Below are positions 50,975-63,119 of a stretch of 64,000 bases of DNA, in pieces. The notes below the pieces were generated by a model. The model made no database searches. It saw only the letters and a list, made by a program, of their open reading frames with translations, and had not been told where the DNA came from. Source of the DNA: Octopus sinensis. Its lineage: Eukaryota. Location: NCBI RefSeq assembly GCF_006345805.1, contig NC_043006.1, forward strand, positions 30,876,001-30,940,000, given 5' to 3'. The translations under genes were made by a program, and so were the position numbers. Position 1 is the stretch's first letter, and every line of letters starts with the position of its first letter.

Positions 50975-51520
50975 TCTTCATCATCATCATTGTTTAACAT
51001 CTGTTTTCCATGCTGGTATGGGTTGGATGGTTTGACTGAGGTCTGGAAAGCCAGCGGCTGCACCAGGCTCCAATTTGATCTGGCAATGTTTCTACAGCTG
51101 GATGCCCTTCCTAACGCCAACCACTCTGAGAGTGTAGTGGGTACTTTTTATGTGTCACTGACACAGGAGCCAGTCAGGCGGGCCTAACATTGATCATGTT
51201 TGGATAGTGCTTTTTACATGTCATCAGCTTGGGGGCCAGTCAGTGGGTACTGGCATCGGCTACATTCAGATGGTGCTTCTTACATGCCACCTCTAATTAA
51301 TAAGAATCCTTTCTATTATAAGCAGAAGGCCTGAAATATTTGGGGCGATGGCTCAGCAGTTACTTTGATCCCAGTGCTCATTTGGTACTTATTTTGTTGA
51401 CCCCATAAGGATGAGAGACAAAGTCTGTCTATGGTGGTATTTGAAATGAGAATGGATGAAGTGCTGCTAAGATGGACAAAATACCATTAAACATTTTGTC
51501 TGCTGTGTTAATGATTTTAT
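50975..51520 (-). mobile_element. Family C RTE end (50975-51290) followed by SINE family B (51305-51520)
   Basis: Shared diagnostic motifs. Confidence 0.75.
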
Positions 51521-52899
51521 ATTTAAATAACAATCAAGTGATAATGAAGACAAGTCAACCAGTTTATATTTGTAAGTATTGTACTCTGATTGTGAGATGA
51601 AGTTAACCTCAGGCCAGCCTTGAACCCCAAACTATTTAATGTAAACCATTAACACAAACATGTTAAACTGGTCTTCTTTTTTGCTAGTTCAGCGTCTCTA
51701 CATTTACAATTTTCTTTCATACTTACAGGTGTAGCTTCCTTCTTAGAAATCTGAATAATAGAAGGGCAGCACATTTTTCTTGTCTGTTTGTGTTATTGAA
51801 GGCCTTACACTAAATAATGTAGATGTATTCCTTCTTTTAAAAAATATATCTCTTTGGAAATAACTTTTCTGCTGATGTTATTATTGCCAGTTGTGTGTGT
51901 GAGAGAGAAAGGAAGGGAGAGAAAGAGAGAGTAGTAAAAAGAATAAAGAAAAAGAAATTGTTTTTCTTTTTTGTTTTTGTTAATTGCTGTTGAATGACCA
52001 CTTAAATGTTTTTGGTACTTCATTTATTGATCGTAGAAGGATGAAAATGCCAAGACAGCTTTGGCAGGGTTCCATTTTGGAACCGTATATTGCCAAGTGA
52101 TTATAAATGATGTAGTCTAGTCTTGTCTTGTATTTCCAGCCCTCAGCCATTTCGAACAGTGTCTAGAATTGCTTTTGGTTGTCTGTTGTGTAATCCTGTT
52201 AAGACCTGATTCAACCTCATTTTGTCAAGATTTATCAGAGGAAATATTTGACAATTATCAAATTCCACTACAATCAACTTAGCCCTTTTAATGCCTGATT
52301 ATTGATAAACAACTAATTAAACACTGGAACATAATTCTACCATTTCACATTGTGTTCTCATATAACTCTTCATAGTATTGTGTCACATTGAAAATCGTTA
52401 TAGAATCTTTCTGTCTTCTTGGTCTAGGAGTCTTCTTGTTCCTCCTCCTCCTCCTCCTTGATTCCATTATGGATATCAGTTTGGTATTTATTTTATTGAT
52501 CTCTATTTTATTGAATAGCTAACTTAAGCATTTTGTTCTTGTTAGAGTCATTGCCATTTATGGTTATTAGAAGGAGAAAGAAGATACCTTGTGGTATTAA
52601 ATTATATCTGGTAAATTCCCAGTTCAAATCTCGCTGTAAGTCGCTTTGCCTTTCTTCTTTCCAGGGTCATTGAAATAAGTGCTAAGACTGGGGTTGATAT
52701 AATCAGCTGTTTCCCTTCTCCTTTTGTCTGTGGTAAAAATCTTAACCCCCTGCTAATGCCAATAATGGGAGTTGGGGTGGGATACCATGAACCCTAATAC
52801 TTGGTTGATATTTTATCAACCTCAGAAGAATGAAAGGCAAAGTTGACTTTGGAGGGATTTGAACTCAGAACATGAAAACTGCAATGTGGAAGAATGTCC

Positions 52900-53257
52900 C
52901 TGGAAGACCTGCCACAAGCATCACCCCTAGAAATGTTTGAAGGCTGTCAATTGAGAGCCCTTCTGTGAAGTTTTGAAACATTTGAGGGAGGACATTTGGT
53001 GAAAGCAACCAGATCTGTGGAGTGCAAAGAATAAAAGGTCGCCATTTTAACACTGTTGTACAACCCAGAGTAAATCACAGAAGGTCCTTGACTCACTTAT
53101 GGAAAAGGACTTCCAGGCCGGATTCCAAAAGTGGCAGGGACAATGGGACCAGTGTATTGCTGTGCAAGGTGACTCTTTTGAAGGAGATGATGTTATGTTT
53201 AATAAAGAATAACTTATTTACCTAACGAGTCCAGGAACTTTTTGATATCACCCTGTA
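52900..53257 (+). mobile_element. Mariner relic: C-terminal transposase piece plus right TIR
   Basis: KGRHFNTV then QKVLDSLMEKDFQAGFQKWQGQWDQCIAVQGDSFEGD; ends GTCCAGGAACTTTTTGATATCACCCTG-TA, similar to the reverse complement of the TIR at 33108. Confidence 0.85.
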
Positions 53258-53792
53258 AGATTCCAGGGCCATGTATTTCTTTGTTGTCCTCCTTTTCTCT
53301 TCAATATTCTCTGTTGATGTTTAAGTCTAGTGATGTCAGACTCATGGAGTGTGTGACCAATCCTCTTTTAAAACTATGAAGGAACTGAAAAGAATTTCAT
53401 CTTCAAAGGTCAACTCCACACACACACCATTTAAATATTTGAGAAAGTAGTGGGGTAAGTGGGAAGGGGTAAAGTCTCTAACCAAAGGAATTTCTGTTTT
53501 ATACTTTCATTTTGTTACATTTTGTTACTAAGCAACAGCTTTCGTTTATTTTTCTTTTTTTTTTACGTTACTCAAAACTGTTTTGCGTCTTTAAGGTCTA
53601 GTTTAAAAATAAATATAAAATAAATACAAGCCTGGGCAAAGATTAAATATTTAAATATTTTTTTCTGTTGAACACTGGAGTATTTGTAGACAGAAATATC
53701 ATTAACATGTGAGTGTGTGTGTGTGTGAATTGTAAGTGCATTTAAATGTGTGCATAGTGTGTGTTATAAGTATATGTAAACAAGTTTGTGAG

Positions 53793-53825
<33 letters not shown>

Positions 53826-53828
<3 letters not shown>

Positions 53829-55078
53829 TCATCATCATCATCATCATCATTTAACGTCCGCTTTCCATGCTAGCATGGGTTGGACGGTTCAACTGGGGTC
53901 TGGGGAGCCCGAAAGCTGCACCAGTCCAGTCAGATCTGGCAGTGTTTCTACAACTGGATGCCCTTCCTAACGCCAACCACTCTGAGAGTATAGTGGGTGA
54001 TTTTTATGTGCCACCGACACAGGTGCCAGACGAGGCTGGCAAACGGCCACACTCGGATGGTGTTTTTTATGTGCCACCGACACAGGTGCCAGACGAGGCT
54101 GGCAGACGGCCATGCTCGGATGGTGTTTTTTATGTGCCACCGACACAGGTGCCAGACGAGGCTGGCAGACGGCCATGCTCGGATGGTGTTTTTATGTGCC
54201 ACCGACACAGGTGCCAGATGAGGCTGGAAAACGGCCACGATCGGATGGTGTTTGTTACGTGCCCACAGCACGGAGGCCAGTCGATGCGGTACTGGCTATG
54301 GCCACGTTCGGATGGTTTTCTTGTGTGCCATGTGCCACCGGCACTGGTACCACAAAGATACAAATTCCATTGATGTTCATCTATTTTGATTTGTTTTGGT
54401 TTTCACTTGCCTCAACAGGTCTTCACAAGTGTCACAAGAAGGAAGGTATGCACAGGTGGACTGACTACGTCCCAGGTAGGGGCCACAGGTTATGGCCTGA
54501 CTAGTCTTGCTGGGTCTTCGGATGGTGTTTTTATGTGCCACCGACACAGGTGCCAGATGAGGCTGGCGAACGGCCACGATCGGATGGTGTTTGTTATGTG
54601 CCCACAGCACGGAGGCCAGTCGGTGCGGTACTGGCTACGGCCACGTTCGGATGGTTTTCTTGTGTGCCACCGGCACTGGTACCACAAAGATACAATTCCA
54701 TTAATGTTCATCTATTTTGATTTGTTTTGATTTGATTTGATTTGATTTGTTTTGATTTCATTTTGATTTTCACTTGCCTCAACAGGCCTTCACAAGTATC
54801 ACAAGGAGGAAGGTATGCACAGGTGGACTGACTACGTCCCAGGTAGGGGCCATGGGATATGGCCTGACTAGTCTTGCCGGGTCTTCGGATGGTGTTTTTA
54901 TGTGCCACCGACACAGGTGCTAGATGAGGCTGGCGAACGGCCATGATCGGATGGTGTTTGTTATGTGCCCACAGCACGATGGCCAGTCGATGCGGTACTG
55001 ACTACGGCCACGTTCGGATGGATTTCTTGTGTGCCACAGGCACTGGTACCACAAAGATACAAATTCCATTGATGTTCA
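53826..55078 (-). repeat. Family C RTE 3' end with nested tandem amplification (63-bp units and about 340-370-bp higher-order units)
   Basis: Unit starts at 54055, 54118 and 54181 (period 63); larger blocks start at 54181, 54520 and 54887. Confidence 0.9.
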
Positions 55079-55445
55079 TATATATATATATATATATATA
55101 TATAATGTGTGTGTATGTGTATATATGTGTATATATGTATATGTGTGTGTATGTGTATATATGTATATAATGTGTGTGTATGTGTATATATGTATATAAT
55201 GTGTGTGTATATATACGTATATAATGTGTGTGTATGTGTATATATATGTATATAATGTGTGTGTATGTGTATATGTGTATATATATGTATATAATGTGTG
55301 TATGTGTATATATATGTATATAATGTGTGTGTATGTGTATATGTGTATATATATGTATATAATGTGTGTGTATGTGCATATATATATATATATGTATGTA
55401 ATGTATGTGTATGTATATAATGTGTGTGTGTATATGTATATGCTA
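55079..55445. repeat. Compound (TA)/(TG) minisatellite
   Basis: Repeated tataatgtgtgtgtatgtgtatatatg units. Confidence 0.9.
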
Positions 55446-56520
55446 TGTGATGTAAGTTTACTTATGTAAGTGTATGTCTGTGTCTTTTTTCAGTATCTAG
55501 AAACCTCTCAGCCTCCACCCTACCTAGACTACACCTTGTCCTACATTACCAACCTGTTGTTGCTATTTAGTTCCAGGTCACTTGTCCCAGAGGAGCAAAT
55601 CTATAATTAAAAAAACAAAAAGGAAAAACGCATTCCAGATATGACTGGATTTTTTTCAAAGCAAAGTTTATCTAAGTGTACATTATCTAATATGTACATT
55701 TGAAGCAGTAGGGTTTGATTTGAGGAAGAGTTGGTTACTGTTTCTAGGAAGTTGTGCCACTCATTGGCTCATTGCTCACCTATTGAGTATAGTGCTGCTG
55801 TAAGTATATACTTTAACGAACTGGTTGTGTAGTTGAGCAGGGTATATAGAGATGTGTCAGTGAGTGTGTGTATATGCTTGTGCTTATGTGTGTATGTTTC
55901 TACAGGATCTTAATAACTCTATAAAGCTTAGGAAAGGTTTCCTTAGTCTTATGGAGTTAACCAGATCCTGTCTTACACAGCTCTCTTTTCAGGATATTAA
56001 GCATTCCAGACCATTTAGCAAGTTCTGACACCTGAGCAAGATTTATTTCCTGCCTGATTAACTCCATAAAACTGGAGCTAAACATCAGAAATAAACCCCC
56101 AATTCCCAGACTCTAATGCATCTCTCTCTCTCTCTCTCTTGCCAAAATTTTGACATTTTAAAATCTTGTTAGTAATGGTAATAACAATCCTTTCCACTCG
56201 AGGCATGAAGCCTTAAGTTTTTGGTGGGTTGGGCTTGTTCATTACACTGACCCCAGTACATGGCTGGTACTTATTTTATCAACCCCAAAAGGATGAAAGC
56301 AAAGTCAATCTCGGAGTAATGATGATAATAATAATAATAATAATAATAGTAATAATAATAATAATAATCTTTTCTGCTCTAGGCACAAGGCCCGAAATTT
56401 TTGGAGAGAGGGCCAGTCGATTAGATCAACCCCAGTACACGACTGGTACTTAATTTATCGACTCCAAAACTTTTTTATAAACCTCAAAAACCAGTGATTA
56501 CAAATAGTTATCATAAATAC

Positions 56521-56808
56521 AGTTCTATATTTAAGAGATGAGGAATTATGTACATTATTTACATTATTTACGGGCATATGGCGTAGTGGTTAAGAGCATG
56601 GGCTACTAACCCTGAGATTCCGACTTCGATTCCACGAATTGACCTGAATAATAAAAATTTATAACATTGAAAAATACCTTAGGAATGAGAACCCTGGTTT
56701 GAAATTTCCCCAAGACACCAGATGAAGGCTGGAGGGTATATTGGCCGAAACGTGTTAACAGCAAACAAGATGAGGTCAAATATCCATCAAATGTAAATAA
56801 GGTAAATA
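56521..56808 (+). mobile_element. Second copy of the tRNA-head/hammerhead-like element, with an inverted tail at the 5' side; 12-bp TSD
   Basis: 56521-56565 is the reverse complement of the tail; head GGGCATATGGCGTAGTGGTTAAG at 56572; core CAGATGA...GAAA at 56719-56750; AGTTATCATAAA at 56506-56517 and 56809-56820. Confidence 0.9.
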
Positions 56809-57199
56809 AGTTATCATAAAGTGCTCCGTAATTAAATGTCTGGGTTGTTGTTGTTATTAAGATTAGTCTTTGAACTCTCTCTCTCATTGGTAGGGTGTCC
56901 ATTTGCAGTATTTATACCTACTCGTCTTTACATTTCATGGATAAGTCAATAGATATTCCTGGAAATGTCCATTTTAATCTGTTATTATTTCTATTTGATT
57001 TGGTTGGAGATAATGAAATGAGATGCAAACCAACATTCCTCAGTATGAAGATTATTGGTTTATTGTTGAGCAGTGGTTTGTATCTTATTTAATGTGCTAT
57101 TGCATTGCTCTTGAGAGGACTGAACTCAGCCCGATATCCAGAGCCAATACCAGATAATTTTCTTTTGGACTTGTGCTTTTAGTATATGGAATGAACCAC

Positions 57200-57410
57200 T
57201 GCAATGAGTTAGCAGAATCGGTCGCTGGACAAAATGCTTCCTGGCATTTCTTCTGGCTTTATGTTCTGAGTTCAAAATGCCACCAAAGTTGACTTTGCTT
57301 GTCACCCTTTCAGAGTCGCTGAAATAAGTACCAGTTGAGAGCCTGGGGGTCAATGCAATGAACTTGCAGCCTCAGCCCCAAATTTCAGGCCTTCTGTCTT
57401 TAATAGAAAG
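57200..57410 (+). mobile_element. SINE family B
   Basis: gagttagcagaatc ... ctgagttcaaa ... gactttgc ... aaatttcaggcc. Confidence 0.8.
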
Positions 57411-57552
57411 GTTTTTTCAAAACGCTTTACTTTTATGTTGTGTTTTGTTGCATAACAAAACAAATGGAATGTCTCCAGCTTATTTGGTTAACTTGGTTAT
57501 GTCAAGTTCTTCTTACCAAGAATATATTTCCAGAATAGAGTTGTTTGTTTTA

Positions 57553-58075
57553 ATCATCATCATCATCCTCATCCTCATTTAATGTCCGCTTTCCATGCTG
57601 GCATGGGTTGGACAGTTTGACATGGAGCTGACCAGCCAGGAAGACGTCCAGACTCCAATTGTCTGTTGTGGCATGGTTTCTATGGCTGGATGCCCTTCCT
57701 AATGCCATCCACTTAACAGAGTTTGCTGGGTACTTTTTATGTGCCACTGGCATGGGTGCATTTACGCAGCACCGGTGCAAGTCTATTTTATGTGGCACTG
57801 GCACCTGTAAAGGACAAGCCTGTATGTAAAGCAATTCACCACAGCTCTCTGTCCCTTGTCATTCTGTCAGTGAGGCTCAGTGTCTGAAGGTCCCTTAGGA
57901 CTCTGTCCCACACCTTTCTTGGTTGACCCCTTCCACTTGTTCCCTCCATAATGAGAGCTCAGCACTTCTTTACACAGCAGTCTCCTTCTATATGCATCAC
58001 ATGACCAAACCAGTGCAGTCTTCTCTCTTGCACACAACATCTGATGCCTCTTATACCCAGTTTTCCTCTTGATGT
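57553..58075 (-). mobile_element. RTE-clade LINE 3' end: ORF C-terminus contiguous with the family C UTR
   Basis: GKLGIRGIRCCVQERRLHWFGHVM ... GRGQPRKVWDRVLRDLQTLSLTE, followed directly by the family C sequence and a GAT tail. Confidence 0.85.
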
Positions 58076-58571
58076 TTGCAAAACCTGCCCCCAAAATACT
58101 CAAACAAAAGAATCCTGCACGTGGCTCCTTCATTGTGTCAGTAAGAGAAACTAGAACTATAATGATGATGATGATGGTAGTGGTGACCATGAATGGCATT
58201 GTGAAATTATTTGTCACAGAAATGTGTCATATTCTGTGAATAAACTTAAAATTCCATTAGAAACATTTTGGATTTCATGTTATTTATAAACATCTCTAAA
58301 TTTAACCAGGAATTGGAATAAAATGTTGGGTGGAGTTAAAAATAATAATAATGATGATGATGATGATATTGATGATGATGATTTCTCACACTGGCATAAG
58401 GCCAAGGATGTTTGGCAAATTGAACCAAGCACGGCGCATAACTGGTGCTAAATTTATGTACTCCAGTTGGATGAATGATAAAGTTGATCCTGTAGAAGTG
58501 TTGAGGAATGAAACTAAACCCTATATGACCTGAAGTCTGGCATTTTAATGTTTCTCCCAAGTTACTACCTC

Positions 58572-58587
58572 AGTCATCACCACCACC

Positions 58588-58621
<34 letters not shown>

Positions 58622-59030
58622 CCATCATCATCATCACCACCATCACCAACACCACTATCATCATCATCATTTAATGTCTGTTTTCCATGCTGGCATGGGT
58701 TAGACAGATTGACTGGAACTGGTAAGGCTGGGAACAGCACCAAGCACCATTGTTTTGGCATGATTTCTAAAACTGGATGCTCTTCTTAATGCCAACCACT
58801 TTACTGAGTGTACTGGGTTCTTTTTACATGACATCAGCACCATTGCTTTTTACCTGGCATGCAGTCAATTACATTGATCCCCAGTGCATAACTGGTACTT
58901 ATTTCATTGAACCTGAAACGATGAAAGGCAAAGATGACCTTGGTGGAATTTGAACTTGGGATGTAAAGATGAACAAAATGTTGCTAAGTGTCCTTAGCCA
59001 GTGTGCTGGCAAATTTGCCATCCTGCTACC
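58572..59030 (-). mobile_element. (CAC/CAT)n tail plus family C fragment, then SINE family B
   Basis: Shared motifs. Confidence 0.75.
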
Positions 59031-59129
59031 TTAGTAACAATCAATACCAATAACGTGGGACATGTTCTCACATCATAATCTGAATTGGAATCACTGTATA
59101 ATTTTAGTCTTTTTAGCAATAAATTGAAT

Positions 59130-59504
59130 AACAAGAGCACTCAGAGAGTGCAAACCTCCATCAAAGCAACACCAATGTCCTCTCAATGATTAGCCAGAGG
59201 TAATTTTTAAAATGAGAATATCTGAAATAAACTTGACTGCTTTCACAAACAAGAATACTAAAAATGAACCCGACCACTCTCAGAAATTAAGTAAAAAATC
59301 CCAGAAAGATAATCCAGAATCCTTGTCCGGTACCGGATTGTTCCCAAAATCTAATCAGTTCATGCCAGTCACAAGGCCAAACATCCCTGAAAGTTTCATC
59401 TGAATCCATCCAGCGGTTCTTGAGATATCTTGTCCATGGACAAACAAACTAACAAACAAACACGACTGAAAACAATATCTCTGCCTTTGCTAAGGCAGAG
59501 GTAA
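59130..59504 (+). mobile_element. Non-autonomous Helentron/DINE-like element
   Basis: 5' AACAAGAGCACTCAGAGAGTGCAAACCTCC; subterminal (AAAC)n; 3' 9-bp hairpin CTCTGCCTT-TGCT-AAGGCAGAG (59479-59500), then GTAA; the 5' ACCTC is complementary to the 3' GAGGT. Confidence 0.6.
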
Positions 59505-61358
59505 CAAGTGTGTACACGTTTCAAAAAGCAATGTGAAGTATGGAACATTATCCTGTGTAAAGACTTGATTATGTTATTGAGTGTTCTTTAATAAGTCTTA
59601 TTAATTAGCCAGTGGCTATTGATGTATCTCATTAGTAATAAATAGATTTGTGTAATTTGTTTTCTTACTATATATATGAATTAATTGTATTAATTTTAGC
59701 TGAGTGCCTCTGTAAAGTTGGCTTATGGTAGAATTTGAATTCAGCTCTGCAAGTCACTAAAACACTTTTCAGTTGAAAGTGCTGGGCCAATGAGAATCAA
59801 CTGTTCCATATGCATTGCTGAAAAGTCAGGATGGTCATGCCTAAAGGGTCTTTCATCAGAAGTGTGTGGTTCTGAGATGCTTCATGGGTTTTCTTTATAG
59901 ATATGGAGCTATCTCCCTTGGCAGGCAACACATGATGAGAAACTGGGAGGATAAAAATGGTGGTCTCCTGGGATGTTTTGGGGAGGAGAGGTCTATGCTT
60001 TGAGGTTCCCTGTGATACAGCAGAACCCAGAAATTGATTTATGATGTTTATTGTGGTACCCTTTCATCAATGAATAATATTACCTGGATAACACTCTAGC
60101 AGGTCATTACTCTTTGATTTGAATATACTCCCACCAGCTAAGAAGGCATTCCAATAAGTCTCCTGATTCAGGATGACCTGGGGTTAAACAACAGCCAAGA
60201 ATTCTCACACAAAATCCTGTGTTTCTTAACTGGATACATTTAAAGTTCCAATCTGAATTTCCCCCACCTCCCACTGACCTCTTCTTGATATTCATTTCTT
60301 CCAGTGATTCAAAGCCAGTTGAATCCAATATGTTGTTGGTTGTTGTTTTATTAATCATGGAAGGCTTGAAAGGCCAATGAAATATTAAAACCAAAGAAGC
60401 CATAATAGAGTCACTCAACCTGCTAGGAATAGTAGCTAAATCCCCCTCAGATCATACCATAACAGGTTTTGAACTCAGAATATAGCAGGATCTAATTAAA
60501 TATTGTAACAGGTTTTATTGCTTTGATTTTGTTTGAAGTATAAGAGTACTTTGAACAGGTCAATAGGTACAACTGATTGGCTTGCCACCAGTTTATAACT
60601 GGTATTTAGTTTAATCAATGAATGGTTGAGTTACTGCTGGTGAGATTATAATCACAAAAGCAAAGAGGAGGAACATGGGTTAAAAGGATTCCCAGTCATG
60701 AGACCCCAAATTGTAAGGGCAATAAGTAATTCACCCAAAGTTCAGTTGAAGGAAATCAATAACATTCATTAGATCAATAATTCCCTTAGGAGTGATAGGT
60801 GAAGATGAGATTTGATTTTGTAATTAAAATTGCGTAGCGGCACTGACTTTAATACTGTGAATGATCTAATCTGTCTCTCTTATGTCTGCATCCAACAACA
60901 ACAGCAGCAACAATGAATATGTTGTAATGTCTCTGCTAGGTGATCAAGTACATACAATTAACCCTTTGCATCACCTCTACCAGCAGCAGCAGCAGCAGCA
61001 TGTTGGAAACTAATTTGTTATATACATATGCCCCTCCCCCCTGCCATTCTTTGCTAATCTGTGTTCTGGCTTTAGAACTGTTTCTCTTTACCTCTCCCCC
61101 CTCCCACCTTTCCGGGCTGCTTCTATTTCAACAGAATGTCTGAAAACCACTTAGACCAGTTCTGAATAGGTCTGTAGCTGGTCTCACTGTATCTATGTAC
61201 TTATCTCTTAGCAACAAAACATTCGGTTACCATAATACCATAATGCACTGGTTTGCAATTGACAAAATATTGAATGTGCTTCAGTGGAATGTTTACATAC
61301 ATCATCATCATCGTCATCTAATGTCTGTTATTCATGCTGGCATGGGTTGGACTAATGT

Positions 61359-61416
<58 letters not shown>

Positions 61417-61733
61417 ACACACATGTATACACACACACACACACACATACACACACACACACACACCTGTATATATTATCTGTTGACTGACTTCATGAAT
61501 CCAATAGTTTTTCTTTTTGTTTTCTTGTGTTGTTGTTGTTGCTTGTCAAACTGCTTTTTGATTAAAACTGAAACACAAAAGAAACAAGAAGTGGGTTTAG
61601 AAGTCTTTGCTATTTCTAGATATTTCCTGTATGGAATGGGGAAGTGAGAGACGTTTCAAGAAGGACATTGAGAAGTAGTTGGTGCCAGCTGAGTTGCTTG
61701 TTATTTCTACTTTAAAAACAGTTGACTAGCTCA

Positions 61734-61766
<33 letters not shown>

Positions 61767-62089
61767 GGGGTATGTGCTATAACAGTGTAACCCTGCATTC
61801 ACTATTTGTTGGTGGTTCCCTACCCCTGGTGGATGATATCATTGCACCACTCGAGTGACAACCCTCCAGCCCATGGGTCTGTCTGGGCAGTGAGGGTTTT
61901 ACGAGTTCAGAGTGCAACCACTTCAACCACTTTTAGTCCCCCTTTACAGCATGCAGAGGAAACTTTGGGTCTCTTCTTTGACATGCTGGTTCCCTACACA
62001 GCTTAGGGAAGATTTTTTGTCTTCCATTCAGTTAGTGCCATAAAACCCTGAAAGGGTTCAATCAGCAATGGAAATCTGTATCCCAAATT

Positions 62090-62350
62090 TCAATTATTCA
62101 TTCGGTTTTCATTGTGCCTTGTGGCACTTGAGGCAACAGCAAGATCATTCCACCTTCTAACACTGAGGGCGTCCTTGACAGCTTGTTCCATTGTTAACCC
62201 TCTCCACCACATTTCCTTTGGTTGGCCATGTCTGCTTTTACCTTGTGGAAGCCATTGCAAAGTGATGTTGACAATTGAATTTGGTTTATAGTGACAAACT
62301 CGATGCAGCCATTTCCATTTCCTTGTTTCAAAGAATAGAATGCAATACAC
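62090..62350 (-). mobile_element. RTE-clade LINE C-terminal relic (different family)
   Basis: RKWKWLHRV..PNSIVNITLQWLPQGKSRHGQPKEMWWR..RWNDLAVASSATRHNEN matches the pattern of RTE ORF ends (RWxGHV..W.P.GKR.RGRP..TW). Confidence 0.75.
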
Positions 62351-62484
62351 AAGTTTTTCATTATGGGATCCATATTTTAATGCTGCCCCTCTTTTTCCAC
62401 TTTCAAGCTCTATTAAATAACAATGGCCTAATTAAACTAGATCCCTTTAAGCATTCACTGAAGCAAGGAAATTATCTTTAGGGA

Positions 62485-62662
62485 TTTGTTGTTATTTAAC
62501 CCCTGGTAATTGTGGTCAGTAACTTATGATTAAAAGCGTTCCAGCTATGACCATCCTGTCATTTTAAGGGAATGTAAGACTGTTATGTGTCATCTTATTT
62601 AAGCCTCTAAGATATGATTTGAGGGAGATTTAGCTACTCTTCCTAGCCAGTTGAGTGACTCA
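62485..62662 (+). mobile_element. Old dispersed repeat family E (also about 23825-23975, 37805-37975, 55555-55760; reverse copies near 4770-4950, 19625-19790, 35150-35330)
   Basis: Shared motifs ...tatgat(c/t)aaa..ttccag.(t/c)atgaccatc... and ...gatttgagg(g)agattt.gct.ct.tt(t)ctag. Confidence 0.55.
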
Positions 62663-63088
62663 GTTATGGCTTTTTTAGTTTTTGTGTTTGTTTTAAGACA
62701 AAGACCAGCGGCCAAAGACGTGTGGAATTAGCCAAAGACTTGGATTCATTGAACTCTTAACGACTATTTTAACTCTTCAGTTTGGCCACTTGTATCTCTC
62801 AGCATGAAATGAAGAATTTGCTGATGAGAATTACTGTTGCATCTCTGAAGAATTGGTGGAGAGGAATGATGGTGGTGGTGGTGGTGGTGGAGAGTAAATA
62901 AATGAATAATTCCCGTGACTCTTCTCTGAAACCAGTTTATTGTTCATTTGTCCTGTTTGTTGCGTTTGTGTGTTTGTGGAGATGTAAGATTTAGTCCTGC
63001 GGCATGGCAGTATATGTCTCCTGAAGTGCTGAACACATCATCACTCGCCTGCATTCAATGCACATCTCTTCTCATTTATGTTATCATG

Positions 63089-63119
<31 letters not shown>

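Noticed and set aside
53867-54373. 168-aa ORF with 21-aa repeats, and CRISPR-like periodicity
   Set aside because: It is the antisense of a tandemly amplified LINE UTR; units are contiguous with no unique spacers and no cas genes.
56572-56640. tRNA gene (apparent ACT anticodon loop)
   Set aside because: No acceptor stem closure or terminator; it continues into a repeat body present elsewhere, so it is a tRNA-derived head.
63011-63031. YMSPEVL, resembling kinase subdomain VIII, directly after a CAG
   Set aside because: No polypyrimidine tract, no DxW/YxxG subdomain IX downstream, no donor site, and the frame runs into (CA)n. Probably chance.
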